From: Cenococcum geophilum | Lineage: Eukaryota | Length of the DNA stretch: 64,000 nt | Assembly (NCBI GenBank): GCA_050273025.1 | Contig: CP158636.1 | Coordinates: 3,658,001 to 3,722,000 of the forward strand | Direction: 5' to 3' | Shown here: piece by piece, positions 25,901-40,600 of the stretch | Numbering within the stretch: position 1 is the first letter of the stretch | Layout: each line of letters starts with the position of its first letter | Notes under the pieces: generated by a model | Seen by the model: only the letters and a program-made list of their open reading frames with translations | Told to the model about the DNA's origin: nothing | Database searches by the model: none | Program-made: the position numbers and the translations under genes

Positions 25901-26424
25901 CTATATTAAATAGTATATATATATATATAATACTATCTTATTATAAAACTACTATAGTAACCAAGACGCCTCAATATAGGACTGTACTACAGCAACTAAG
26001 ACGTCTTAATATAGGACTACTGCAGTGACCGAGACGCCTCGATATAAGACTATACTATAGTAACTAAGACGCCTTAATATAAGACTATACTATAGTAACT
26101 AAGACGCCTTAATATAGGACTATACTCTAGCAACTAAGACGTCTTAATATAGGACTATATTATAGTAACTAAGACGCCTTAATATAGGAATGGCACGCGT
26201 TTAGGTGTTTAAAATTTAGAGCAACATTACGCGACCGTCTAGAAGTACCGATCTAACTTAAATTATGTACCTTTTCGCCCAAAATCGCGTGCAAAGGTAC
26301 TTGGGGGCGGTCGCTGCGCAACCTCGTGTAGGGTTCGCGCTAATTATTAGTAGAGGTAGCCCTAACCTCGTATTAACCTGGGCCGTAACCGAGCTAAATG
26401 ACCCCCCCCGATATGTGATAGGTA
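22929..26424 (+). mobile_element. Crypton copy 2, head-to-tail with copy 1 (period 3490 bp)
   Basis: Colinear duplicate of copy 1, differing mostly by C>T/G>A changes; ends at TAGGTA (26419-26424). Confidence 0.88.
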
Positions 26425-26574
26425 TAGGCAGTAAGCTAATTTAGGTCTAGCTTTGCTATATTGGTAAAATATAGTACCCTACCAATGGCCTCAATAGTTG
26501 GTGGTTGACGCAATTGGCGCGCAGTTGAGGGCATTTGGCAACTCGACCGACTAGCCTATGTCATATTTTTTTGA

Positions 26575-28620
26575 CACGCAGCCTACGCGCAGTCTGCGCG
26601 CAACCTACGCGCAGTCTGCGCGCAACCTACGCGCAACCTACGCGCAACCTACGCGAAACCTGCTAGCAATCTACGCATTTGGCAACTATAATTATATTTA
26701 CCTCTTTTATACTAATAGCATATTTTAAATAAATAAAAGCTACTTTAAGGCTATTTATAAGGCTAGCAAAATAAATATTATTTTAGATAATTTAATATAA
26801 TATAGCAATGGTTCTCTTCTACCTATCTACCTATTAACTTACCTACCTACCTATTTACCTATCTACCTACATCGCCTACCTATCTACATTACCTACCTAT
26901 CTACATCGCCTACCTATCTGCATTACCTACCTGTCTACATCGCCTACCTGTCTGCATCGCCTACCTATCTACATCGCCTACCTATTTACATTGCCTACCT
27001 ATTTACATCGCCTACCTATCTACATTGCCTACCTATCTGCATCGCCTACCTATCTACATCGCCTACCTATTTACATCTGCCTACCTATCTATATCTGCCT
27101 ACCCGTTAGCATTTACTTACCTATCTATATCTGCTTGCCTATCTGCATCTAATTACTAGTCTATATCTGCCTACCTATTAGCATCTACCTACCTATTAGC
27201 ATCTCCCTATTTATGCCTACCTATCTATACTGCCTTAATTCAATCGATCAATTAAATCGTTTATAGTATTCGCTAGCTAGTCGTTATCGTCTAGCTCTGG
27301 CGACGGTCGTCTGGTTCTGGCAACAGTTATCTAGTTCTGGTAACGGTCGTCTAGTTCTAGCGACGATCGTCTAGTTCTAGCGACGGTCGTCTAGCTCTGG
27401 CGACAGTTGTCTGGCGACGGTCGTGTGGTTCTAGTAACGGTCGTCTAGCAACGGCGACGGTCATCTAGTTCTAGTAACGGTTGTCTAGTTCTAGCGATAG
27501 TCGTCTGGTTCTGGTGACGGTCGTCTCATTCTAGCAACAGTCATCTAGTTCTGGTAACGGTGTTCTAGTTCTGGCAACAGCAATAGTCGTCTAGTTCTGG
27601 TAACGGTCGTCTAGTTCTGGCGACGGTCCTCTGCTAGCTGCCATTCTGGTGCCTCCCTAAGTAGGGAGGATGTAAGGAAGGATAAATAGATAAAAAAAAT
27701 AAGATGGCTATATAGGAGAGGCTATCGGGAATATAGCGGGGACCCAATGCAGAGCTTCGTGTAGAGCCTCTGTACGCAGAGCTTCGCGCAGAGCCTCGTG
27801 CAGAGCTTCGTGCAGAGCCTCGTGCAGAGCCTCCGTACGCAGAGCTTCGCGCAGAGCCTCTGTACGTAGAGCTTCAGGCAGAGCCTCTGTACGCAGAGCT
27901 TCGTGTAGAGCCTCGTGTAGAGCCTTATGCAAAGCTTCGTGTAGAGCTTCGTGCAGAACTTCGTGCAGAGCTTCGTGCAGAGCTTCGTGCAGAGCTTCGT
28001 GCAGAGCTTCGTACAGAGCTTCGTGCAGAGCTTCGTACAGAGCTTCGTGCAGAGCTTCGTGCAGAGCTTCGTGCAGAGCCTCTGTACGCAGAGCTTCGTG
28101 TAGAGCTTCGTGTAGAGCCTTATGCAGAGCCTCTAAGTAATAAAACTATATAAAAATTCATTTGCGTAATTAGCATATAACTTTACCTTAATTGCATGTT
28201 AAGGAATATACAGTTAGCTTTTAAAGTTGTTAAGTAGGTTAACTACGTATTATTTAACTTTTAAATATATTAAGTAGGTTAACTACGTATTAAGTTAGTT
28301 AAATTACATATTAAGTAGGTCAACTGCGTATTAAGTTAGTTAAATTGCATATTAAGTAGGTTAACTGCGTGTTAAGTTAATTAAATTGCATGTTAAGTAG
28401 GTCAACTACGTATTAAGTTAGTTAAATTGTATATTAAGTAGGTTAACTGCGTATTAAGTTAGTTAAATTGCATATTAAGTAGGTTAACTGCGTATTAAGT
28501 TAATTAAATTGCATGTTAAGTAGGTTAACTACGTATTAAGTTAGTCAAATTACGTGTTAAGTTGGTTAATTGCGTGTTAAGTTAGTTAATTGCGTGTCAA
28601 GTTAGTTAAATTGCATGTTA
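26575..28620. repeat. Cluster of five different mini/microsatellite arrays
   Basis: About 26575-26660 (CGCAACCTACG-type), 26820-27230 (CCTACCTATCTACATCG-type), 27280-27630 (GGTCGTCTAGTTCTGGCGAC-type), 27750-28135 (12-bp GCAGAGCTTCGT) and 28215-28620 (20+21-bp dimer). Confidence 0.9.
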
Positions 28621-28699
28621 ATTACGCGAAACGCGAACACCAAAGTCAACTTAAATCTTATCCTGCGAATATTTTCCCGATGTATTAATATAGCCGTAG

Positions 28700-31600
28700 G
28701 TAGTATATCCCTTAGTATAGGCCGACTTAGTAGTTCTAGCTTTAGAAGATCGTCTTTTTTCTTAGATAGGTCGATATACTACTATACCTCATTAGTTTTA
28801 GTTATGTCTTAGATAATAAAGAACCATTAAATCCAATTAAATGGCTTATTAAGGATAAGGTTGATTTTTAATTCAGCAGAGGTTATTATTTTTAGAATTT
28901 AATAGGTTAGGAAGGGTCTAGGTTAGGGTTTAGCTAGCGTCTTAGCAGAACCTTATTTAGATATTCCGAACTTTTAATTTAATTCGTTAGTTTGTTTATT
29001 AGTTAGATTTTATTACAGGGAGCGCAATTAATAACCCCTACTAATAGCTCTAACTACGTCTAATTTTTAATTTATAAATTGGCAGATCTATAGGTAATAG
29101 TTATTTTAAGTAGCTCTAGGTGCGGTATATATAAAATCTTAACTATAGTATAAAGAAGTCATGGCTGCTAATATGCGGTCCCAAGTAGCATATATTCTTA
29201 GAGGTCACGTAACTCCTTATATAAGCGACATTTCCGCCCTTTAAAAAAAATTTAAAAAATTTAAAAAATTAATTAACGCTATAAATAGTAGTAATATTAA
29301 TCCGGCAATACTGCCAATTCTCCCTATATACTATTATATGTATATCTAACAGCTTTAGAAGCGGTAAGAAGATAGGACGGATAGGGGGGTTAAAATTTAG
29401 AAAATTGGATTTCGCGGTTAAGTTGTTTAAAAGTTAAAAAACTAAGATAAATGCTATATTCTCCGCTTACCTCTAAGCTAGTATATAATTTCCTAATTAG
29501 GAAAAGTCGTTTATAAGTAGTTGCTGCTGCCTCTATACAAAATCTTCTTATTATACCTCTTTAGTCTTACTTATAGATAACTGAAATTGTTTTATATTAA
29601 ACCTACGTTTAAACATAAGCCCTAAAAGCTTCTTAACTTATAAGATTGCTATATAGGTTAGCCTGGCTGTCTTATCCTTTTTCTTAATATCTAGAACTAC
29701 CTAGTTAAGTATTAGGCCCTAGCTTTTATATACGGTAAGAGCAAAAGCTAGAGTAATTAGAAATTGACGCCGTAAGTAAGAGCCTCTTATACCCTCCTAC
29801 TTATAAAGTACGGAAAATATAGGGATAACTTTCTTACTATCCTACCGAGTGAATAGGGTAGGTTTGTTATACCTATCTACCGTAATTAGTAGTAACTGAG
29901 GCTAATCCTTTTTAATATCCACGTGTCCCTTCTATATAATATCTTTAACTATACCAGTAGTACTGTTTACTAAGCCTAGTTTAACCCAGATATTCTATAT
30001 TAGTATTACTTTTACGCCAATATATAGGGCTAGATTCTCTATAGTATCGTACTAATTAGGAGTAACTTTCTATATACCTATACTAGTATTAACTAACTTA
30101 ATAGCTACTACTAGCTATAAAAGGTCGCGAAGCCGAATAGCGTTATACTTACCTATAGTAGCGCGTATGCTATATAGCTAAATTGCGTTATTAAAGCCCG
30201 CAACCTTATTAGTAGATAGGCTCTGCTTATACTTAGTTAAAAGAAGCTTTTAGGTCGAATTACTTATAAAATCACTACGTAGCTCTATAAGGGCGGTCCT
30301 AAATACAGAGCTCTTAGCGTTATTACAGCCCTGCCGCATAACTTGATCTAGGACAGCAGTTCGGTTAATTGCCTTATAGGCTCCTTTTCTGTAGCTAGTA
30401 AGCTCTAACGGCCTAGCAGGTAGATTACTGTATAAGGCCGCCTGATTTATAGGGGGAAGCTAATAGAAATCGCCTACTAGTAAGATATTTAAGCCTCCGA
30501 AGTAGTCGTTGTTATATATAAAGTAGATCTAACAGAGGCGGCGATTAATCTAGGCTAGATATACTTGCCTAATTATAGATTTCTCGTTAAGGATAAGATA
30601 GTAAATATCCTTAAAAGCTTACTATAGAGGCGTAAGACTGGTAGTAGGCAATTCCTTAAACGGGCGATTTACTAGTAACCTTAATAGATCGTATATAGTT
30701 CTGCCGTTAATATTAAAGGCAGTTACCCTAGTAGGGGCCGCTTAAGCCAATGGCATCGGCTTACTATTAGCCCTTGCTATATTATAGAGCGTAGTAAAGA
30801 GGATAGTAATAAGATATAATTTACCGGTTCCTGCCTCTCTATTAATATTAATCCGTAGTAGAGAGGGGCCAAGGCCTACTTAGATCTGCCTATAGTAATT
30901 AACTATAATATTATAGATATAACACTGACCTAGTTATAAGGAGGACGGAGTTGCTATTTAGGATAGGCGGCTCTATAGTAGAGGCTGTAGCTATACTTCC
31001 TACCAATAAGTCCTCTTATTAAGCTACGGGTACGTACCCTAATACGTACTCCAGTTGTAGTTATAATTAAACTCCCTATCACTAAGCCTATTAGGATCCT
31101 TAATTTTAACTCTATTAGTATTTTAAACGCGGGCATACAGGGCCTTAAAGAACTGATATAACTCCAAGTTATCTGCGAAATCGCCCTTAAACTCATTAAT
31201 ATTATTAGCAGTTTCGCGACCTTTCTCTAGTTTTTAATTACAGAAGTAGTTAGGCGGGTACTAATAAGAGTTAATATAAGCCTAATAGGAAGTTATATAA
31301 TTAGGGGCCCCGAATCTATTAATATAAGTAGCTACTTCCTTATATTCCCTCTACGGGTAATAAAGAATGAGCTTTATACGGCAGAACTTAAAATACTACA
31401 AATAGGAAGGATCGCCGTTATATTACGGAAAGTACGATATAACTTAAGGCCTTACTCTCGGTTAACGCTTATAAGTAGAGTAATTAAAATAGAGTAGAAA
31501 ATTAAGGAAAGTAACATCCTCTACCCTATCTAGGCGGCGCTTATATTTCTTATAGTTAGACAGTCTGTACCCTCTTAGTTGCCTATCTATAAGCTTATAT

Positions 31601-34600
31601 ATAGCGCTTTAATTATCCTCCTAGCGGCAGTCTAAAGCTACCACAGTTCTTAAGCCTTTGGAAAGGGGAATATTAAGAAGTAGATAGTATACCTTCTACA
31701 CCAACCAATCGCGTTCAGTAATAAGCTTATTTATAAACTTAGCTACTACCAAACTAAAGGCATAAAGACTGTTAGCGTGCGGCTGTACTAATTAGAGTAA
31801 CTCCTAATAGGAAGTCAACTTCTTCTCCTCCTTACTGCAATATTTGCCTATATAGTTAACTATTACTAATATACTTATAGCAGGCGACGTATTAATATTT
31901 GCCATCCACGCTAGTATTATAGCTGTATTATAGCCATTAAGAAGCTTATTATTACGCTACGGACAAAACATCTAATGATATGGATTTTAATCCTTTAATA
32001 CAGCGGCCTTATCGCGAAGAGAATATGGAAAGTAAAAGCGGCACTCCTTTACTCCAGCGGAGCTGTATAATTACAGCACCTGTCGTACCAACCGCGTGCC
32101 TACGCGTTCGGTACGCCAGGTACGCGTTTACGCGTTCGGTGCACCAACCACTTGCTTACGCGTCTGGTGCACTTATAAAGCACTAACTAATCAGGAGAAG
32201 GACGCATCAGTATATAGACCACGTAGTCTGCTTAATACAATCGACAGTTACCACCATCCCAAAGAGCATACGATACTATACGTATTTCGTGCCCCGGGAT
32301 ATAACTCACTCGTGCTATTAAATTAGTACGAACACTAATCAGTAAGCGCGTATAGATCAGCAATCACTCAATACCCCCCCCCCGAGCGATACTTAACAGC
32401 GACCACCCGTTTAGACTCCTAGTACGACCTATTAGAAGGTCAGAAGTTAGGGATTACGGACTATCACTAACTCTATATACTTATTTAAGTCTTAGTACGG
32501 TTTACTAGAAGTTATAAACGCGAATATAAACCTTTACGGAACCCCCTATTCTCAACCCTCTTCAAACCTTAAACCCCTATTCCTACTACACCCTCCCTTA
32601 ATACCCCCGACCTCTTTTCGGACCCCTTACGGAGACCCCTACCCTTCTACGAACCATTACGGACCCGTTAATCGCCTTTACAGACCACTATAAGACCCCT
32701 CAAACTATTACGGACCCGCTAATTGATTTTACGGACCGTTACAAGACCTCCTCCACCCGCTATAAGCTACTATAACCCGCCACAGCTTATATAGATATAC
32801 AACGCTATATAATATAGCAGATACAAGTAAGCAAATTAGTAAAGGTCAAAAGAAGTAGAGCTAAGGAGTCGACCTTATGTCTACGGACGACGTTAACAAC
32901 TATATCAATTTCAAAATCCTTAAATACGGACACTATAAGCTTCTAAACAACGACCTATAGGAGTAATATAAGGAAGACTTTGCGGACTTTACGGAAGCTA
33001 TTCTTAAGGCTTATAACCCTACTGCTATCTATAACCTACAAACCCTTTTACATCACTAAGGTGTATAGGTTAAAAAAGATAAACAAGTTACTGTTATATA
33101 GTCCTTATATAACACAATATAGGAGAAGGACTAAACGGAATAAACTAAAGAGAAAATCCTAGACCAGGTTAAAGCTATAAATAATCTCTCTACTTCTCCT
33201 AAACTTAATAGCATCGCTAGCCTTATACCTAACCTACTTAACTAAATTCATCCTATAAACCCAAGCGATTTTAGAATTAATTTTACGGGCTAAAGCATAC
33301 CCAGTACCCAAGTTATAGACCATAATACCCCCGTAAACCAAAATACGGACTAAAACCCTTCCGTTAATAAAGCTACAGATCCACAACCTACCTAAGTTAT
33401 AGATCTGTAAGCCATATATCTATAAACCATATATCCGTAAGCCATATATCCGCAAGCTATAGATCTACAAGTTACAGATCCGTAACGCACCTAAGCGAAG
33501 ACCTACGGTAAGGAACTAGCTAACCTAGCTAAGCTCTATACCGACAAATCTAAGTATAGCGGTAAAAACGACAATTTTAACTTTAAACTAACCATCTTTA
33601 TGGACCTTTGCTAAAAGGCTAACATTCCTAAACAAGAGTTTAGCCAAGCCTACTCTACTATGCTGCGCGGCCTAGCACTTAACTACTACTACACTAACCT
33701 TAAGAGCAACCCCCTTGGTGTTCCCTTTAATAAGCTATATAAAGCTACCTATAACTACTTTAAAGGACCGGAATATAAGCGTAATATCCTTACCTAATGG
33801 AATGCAACTAAGCTACGGACCGTAATTAACAAGAATACTAAAAAATCGACTATAGAGTGTCTGCAAATCCTTATTAAAGACCTCTAGTACCTATAGTACG
33901 GCCTTAACGCTAAACTTTAAACAGACGACTTCCTATACAACAAACTTATTACAGCTTACCAGGAAGTAGAGCCCTATAAGTATACCTACTATAAGCCTAC
34001 AGATACCTTAGCTAGCCTTATTAATAATCTACGCTCCTCTATTATAATATATAAAGTCTTAAACCCGCTAGGCAGCACTTAAGCTTTCGCTATAAATATT
34101 TAATATCTATAAATAGACTTAGACGTCTACTTTACGGACCGCCGCTACCGCTAGCAGCACCCATACCGACTAAGTCCCACTTATAACCCCTATAGCAACT
34201 CCCGTATAAAAGTATACCCCCATAAATAAATAAGCCAGAAGTGCTTTATATGTAGTAAGGAAGGATATTAGTCTATAAGGCATACCTAGGAAGAACATAA
34301 TAAGTCTAAGAAGAGATTTAACAGACGGATTAACTAGTTTATCTTAGATTATAAAGGAAAGGAAGCAGAAGAGTCTTTTAACAAGTTAATGGAAGCCCTA
34401 ATAATTAACTTTAACTTAGATACTTAGGAATAGAAGACCTTAGAGACGTTCTTAACTACTTTCGGACCTTTTACGGACAGCCAAGCCTTTAATATTACGA
34501 CCGTATTAGCCGACCGCTCCTTTATACACTTAATTGCACCCAAAAACTGGCCCATAAGCACACCCGTTAGACCCATTATAGATATTATGGACGTTACGGA

Positions 34601-37600
34601 CCACGAACAGGACCCATTTGCATATATTACCACAGAACGCTATACCCCTAAGGAATTCTACGGTGTTATAATCGACATAGGTGCCTCTAAGAAGTCTACC
34701 GTAGGCTATAGACAATACCTTATATATAAGACTACCACAGATAATAATATGGACATCAATATTATACAAACTGGGGCTATAAACGTCTAGTTCGGCATTA
34801 GCTTAACCGCATTAATTAGATTAGCTAAAGTTAAGACTCTAATTAGCCTAGTTAACTTCCACGTAGTAAAAGCAGACACCCCCTTCCTACTCTATTTTAT
34901 AGATATAGATAGGCTATAGGTGTACTATAATAATATTATGGACACCTTAATCGGCCCCGTAACTGCCCTAGGAAGCAAGCATGTTACCTTACTAATTATA
35001 CAACAATTTGGACATCCGTTCCTTATATGGGGAGAGACCCTACGGACGTACATTCAGGAATCTTTCGACTATAACCTATGCTACCTTACTAGTATAGAGA
35101 TCCACCGTCTGCACCGCCGTTTCGGCCACCTGTTAGCCGAAAAGCTATATAGAGTCCTTAAACACTCTAGACATAACGTTAATAGGAAGGCAGTTGATTA
35201 CCTAACCAAATACTGCTCCTTTTACTAGAAATACAGACGTTCCCTAGGCCAATTTAAGTTCACCCTTTATAAGGACCTTGACTTTAACCACTTAGTATAC
35301 ATAGACATTATATACATTAACGGCAGTCTAGTATTATATATAATCGACAAGGCAACCCACTACTAAGCCGCCCGTTAGTTACAAAATATATCCATAAAAT
35401 ATACTTAGAATATTTTACGGACCTACTAGATCGACATATACGTTAGACCTCCGTAGTATATTACCCACAACACCAGTAGGAACTTTATTAGTAAGGAATT
35501 CCAGCAGTATACTACGGCCATAGCTATATTAATAAAAGCTGTTTTAGTTAAGGCGTATTAGTCTATTAGGTTTGTTAAGCAAGCTCACCCAGCCTTATAA
35601 AGAGCTTACTAGATTATTACAGACGAATATAAGGACATCTAAAAGGAACTAGCCCTATAGATGGCCGTAAAAGCCATTAATAACACCGCTAGCCCTAACG
35701 GACTAGTACCCACCCTCTTAGTCTACGGAGCCTACCCAAGGATAAGCAACCTAGATCCCCCTGCCCCATCTATTACAGAACGAGCAGCTATAATACGGAA
35801 GGCAATAGCCGAGATAGTTAAGCTACGGGCTAAACAAACTGTTAATAACGCCCTACACTACCGCAATAGACCTAACACAACCTCAGTACACAACCTCTCG
35901 CTTAACTCTAAAGTCCTTATATAGCGTAAAAGCGGCAAGTGGACCGGACCCTACCGTTTACTAGCTGTAGAAAACGAGACGTACTATGTATAACTTCCTA
36001 GCAACCTAACCAGCTTTAGAAGCACGTCCGTAAAACCCTACTTTCGGCCCGAAGACACCCATGACGTCAAGCCAGACGAACTAGAAGCAACTGCCAAGCT
36101 AGACAAACCAGAGGTAACCGCTAAACCAGACAAACTAGAAGCGACCGCCGAATTAAACAAGCTAAAAGTACCCTTGCCTACCCTAAAAGTCCCCTAGAAA
36201 CCCACTAAACCCACTATACCTACTATAAAGCGCGGTTAAGGACGCCCCTAAAAGCACCCTATAACTAAGAACACTATAATAAAGACTTACCTAACCTCCG
36301 CAGGAATATCCGCAAGGCAATCTCCGCCTGCGGATATATTAGTTCTAGTATAGGAAACCCCGTTTACAAACTTACAACGTAAAGAAATTAACGGACTACT
36401 TAAAAAGGGTATCTTTATAGTTATAATAGAAAGAGACATTCCGCAAGGCGCCTATATATTTAACTTACGCTTTATTAATAAAATTAAGCACCCTAGTACT
36501 AATAAAGCCTTTAAGAAATTAAGGCTTATTATATAAGCTTATAACGATAAGGGAAAGGACTTAGTCCTTATATAATTACCTATAATCTAATAAGTCAGCC
36601 AACGGATTATACTTATACTTACGCCCGGCCTACAGCAAAGTAAACCCGTAGCTTTTTACCTACGGGATATCTTATAAGCCTACGTATAATTTAATACCTA
36701 CCTAAGTAGGGACATCTTTATATAACTACCCTATAAGCTTAACTTACAACTAAGAACAATTTTATAGGTTATAAAACCTCTTTATAGAGTACTAAAAGCT
36801 AAAAACCATTAGTTTAAGATATACTACTAGCACTATATTAGTAAACTTAAAATGGAACAGTTAACCTACAACCCCTACCTCCTATACAGCCCATTAAACG
36901 GCCTTAGTATTATTGGACTCTAAACAAACAATACCCTCTTCTTAGCAGACTAGATATTTGCGGATGCTAAAGAGACTAAACTATAAGAAGCTAAGTTCCT
37001 GGTAAAGCTATAAAAGTAGTTAACTAAATAAACTCTAATTAAATTTAACGGAGGCTTAATTATATAAAAGGGCAACTTAATCTAGCTAACCTAGGAACGC
37101 CAAGCTTAAAACCTAAAGCTTGTTATAGCAAAGCCTACAGACCTTACCAGTTCCCGCGGAGAGACCTATAAGACCGTAAATACAAAGGACTAATACGCTG
37201 TATAGCGTGCAAGAGGCGCCTATATTGCCACAGTCTGCCAACCCAAATCTGCCTATAACTTATCCTTTACGGCCCAAGCAGTAGATCCGCAAGAAGAAAA
37301 TATTAAGCAGCTTAATAAGCGCATTTAGTAGCAAATTAATAATGCAGCAAGGGGATTTACTTTTATACCACTGGACCTAAGTTCCCTTAGCTTACTAGCA
37401 TTTACGGACGCTTCCTTCGCTAATAATAGGGACCTATTATCGCAAATCGGCTTTATAATTGTACTTACGGACAGTAATTAGGACGCAAATATACTATACT
37501 AGTCTTTAATTAAGTGTAAATAAGTAACCCGCAGTGTACTAGCTTCTAAACTATATATACTAGCTTATAGCTTTAATATAGTAGCCACAATCAAATTAAC

Positions 37601-40600
37601 GGTCTAGAAGATTCTACAACTAAAGTAGTTACCCCTAGTCTTATGTACCGATTTAAAGTCCCTCTATAACTACTTAGTTAAGCTAAGTACAACATAAGAG
37701 AAGAGGCTTATAGTCGACCTAATATGCTTACATCAAGCCTATAAACGACGCGAGATTACGGAGGTTAAATAGATTAGCGGTGGAAACAACCTAGCAAACG
37801 CTATGACTAAGTTAAAACCCTAATTAACACAAATAACCTTAACCTAGAAGTTATGGAATGGGTGGAACAAGACTAACGGAGCATCTATAGTACGTCTACG
37901 GCCCGTTAGAAGGCCGTACGGCTTATACGGCCTATTATTCTGCTACGGTGGTCGAATTAACCAATTACGATTTTCCATCCCCGGGATGGAAAATCGCCAT
38001 TGGCTCGCTTAGCACTAGCGCCTTGGCGGTCCTCAAGATCTGACTTACGGCTCGTCTACTGCCCGTTAAAAGGCCGTACGGTTCATTTTACGGGTCGTAA
38101 GCAGAACTTACGGCCAGCTTGGGGCACCGTTTGGAAGGCAGCCTAGACGGCACCTCAGGAAGATTTCCTATGTATTTTCTTTTGTATTTTATGGTTCTAT
38201 TAAAGCAATTACGGAGGCTGTACACAAGTGGTTTCATTTTTCAAGTACCGCTAGTATATAATTACAGCACCTGTCATACCAACCGCGTGCCTACGCGTTC
38301 GGTACGCCAGGTACGCGTTTACGCGTTCGGTGCACCAACTACTCACTTACGCGTCTAGTGCACTTATAAAGCACTAACTAATTAGGAGGAGGACGCATCA
38401 GTATATAGGCCATGTAGTCTGCTTAATATAATTAACAGTTACCACCATCCCAAAGAGCATACAATACTATACGTATTTCGTGCCCTAAGATATAACTCAC
38501 TCGTACTATTAAATTAGTACAAATAGGAGCCTTTCTTTAATCTTAAGCAGTAAGATTTAGTATAATTACAGTGCTGTTAAAATCGATTAAGGTAGGCGGT
38601 AAGAAGCTTACTAGTATTAAGCTATTCCTTATAGCTAAGAGTAAAAGGATATTAAAGATTAGAAGGCCTAGATTAATTAAAATTTATTACGGATATAAAA
38701 GCAGCCCAGTGCTTAGTAAAAGCTACCCTTAATTCACTAGTTAACAGATCTGGCCTTAGGGCTATTAAACTCCATAAGAAACTATATATATAGCCGCTAC
38801 CTTACACCTACCACTTATATTGGGACTAAAAGTTAGTGCCATTAAACAGACCTATAAGTACGTGCTTCCTAAATAGATTAAAGCGGCGATATAGCCAGTA
38901 AGCAGCAATATATAAATTATTATTAAGATTCTAAGAAGCAATCTAGTAGCGTTAAGCCTTATTAGCAGCCTTATATTTATTAAATAGAGGCATATAAGAG
39001 TATAGATTATACTAATGTAGATTAGCTGCGCTAAGTATAAAGAATAGAGACCCGCTTTTAATATTTTCAGCATAAGCTATAAGCTTATTTCTCTTCTACT
39101 TCTAATAAGGCCTAGTACCTTTAAGCTTCTATATATACCGTATAATCTTATTTAGAACCTAACCACCCCTATTACTATTTATAAGATTACTAAGCTTATC
39201 TAAAGATAGACTATTTTTATCTAATCGGCTATAAAGGAAGCGGGTAGCGTTAAGGGCTTACTCTTTTATAATCCGATTAAACACATAATAGCGAAATAAG
39301 GGGTAGCGGCCAAACCGACCGTCCTGATACTTAAGCATATGCTTGGCGTACGCAGCTAGGGTAACTATACGGCTTCGTAGCATATTAAAGTCGGCTTTGC
39401 TATAAGGAAATAGAGTAGGAAAGGCGCCGCGCATAATAAAACTAGCTAATTGTTTAGAGAGAGGTATCTACCGCACAGTAGGAACCTCTAGGCCCGTTTA
39501 TAGGTCTTATTAGTATTAAACCTCGCGACCTAAAAGTTCTAATTTATTAAGGTTAGGCACTAGATTAGGAACTAAAGTATCTAGTACGTCGTTATTAAAT
39601 TCGCTGTCTAGTATATTACTACCAAGCTTAGTAGGCAGAGAATTAATAACAGAAGGACGTTGCACAGGAGCAGTAGGGTAAGCCGTTAGGCTACTAGAAT
39701 TAGACTCCAACTTATTAATATAAGGTAGCTAATCTAATATAGAGCCATTTTTAGGTAAGCTAGTAAGCTAGGTACTACATATTTTAATATTACGATAATT
39801 AAAATAATTAACCTTTAGAAAGTAAAGCCACTATACTATAGCAAAGCGCCTTATAGTATACCGCTTAGTAAACCGCCGACTTAGGTATTCGCCACCCTCT
39901 ACTACCATAGGCCTCACGACCAGTATATTAAGTTTAGTAGGTAGCCGTAGTAGCTGCCTCTAAGTCTTTAGTGTATTCTGGCTAAAGTAGCAAACGTAGC
40001 TAGTATAGCGATATTACTGGCCGCGTATACGCACGACTTACAGATAAACGTATACACGCGCAATTAGAAGCTCCTCTACCGCGGTAAGTATAGGTAGGAA
40101 GCCGGAAACAGGCCCTAAATTAAGCCCGTTACTTTCACCAAACAGGGGAGAAAGGGTTAGATCTTTAAGGCTATCAGCGTCCTTAATACAGGCTTTATAT
40201 ACACCTATATTATTACCCTCCATAGCTAGGCCTATTTAGAACCACCACTCCTTATAATAACTACACGTCTCTATACATTCAGCCTATAGTATACTCCTAA
40301 ACTTCTTAATTCGCTCCCAATCGACAGCTAAAACGGGTAGTAGTGTAGCCGTAGTTAGAGCTTGCCGCGAGGGAGCTTACTATAAGGGAGCTTGCCGTAA
40401 GGGAGCTTGCCGCAAGGGAGCTTACCGCAAGGAAGGTAGTATTAGTAGTAGGGTAGGTATTAGCGGTAGAGCAGGTATAGGAGCTAGTTCCAGTAAGAAC
40501 GTATTTAGGCCATTTAGAGTGCCTCTTCTACTACACGGAGCTTTATCTATGGTATATAGCGGAGGAGTAAGCAAGTAAGCTTCACCCCGTTAATTAAGAA

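Noticed and set aside
27708..27932. ORF (EALH/EALRT)n as a gene
   Set aside because: It is the translation of a 12-bp minisatellite in RIP-degraded DNA, with no independent gene evidence.
28632..28648. 17-mer CGCGAACACCAAARTCA shared with 52477-52493
   Set aside because: A one-mismatch 17-mer match is expected by chance in a window of this size, and the flanks do not align.
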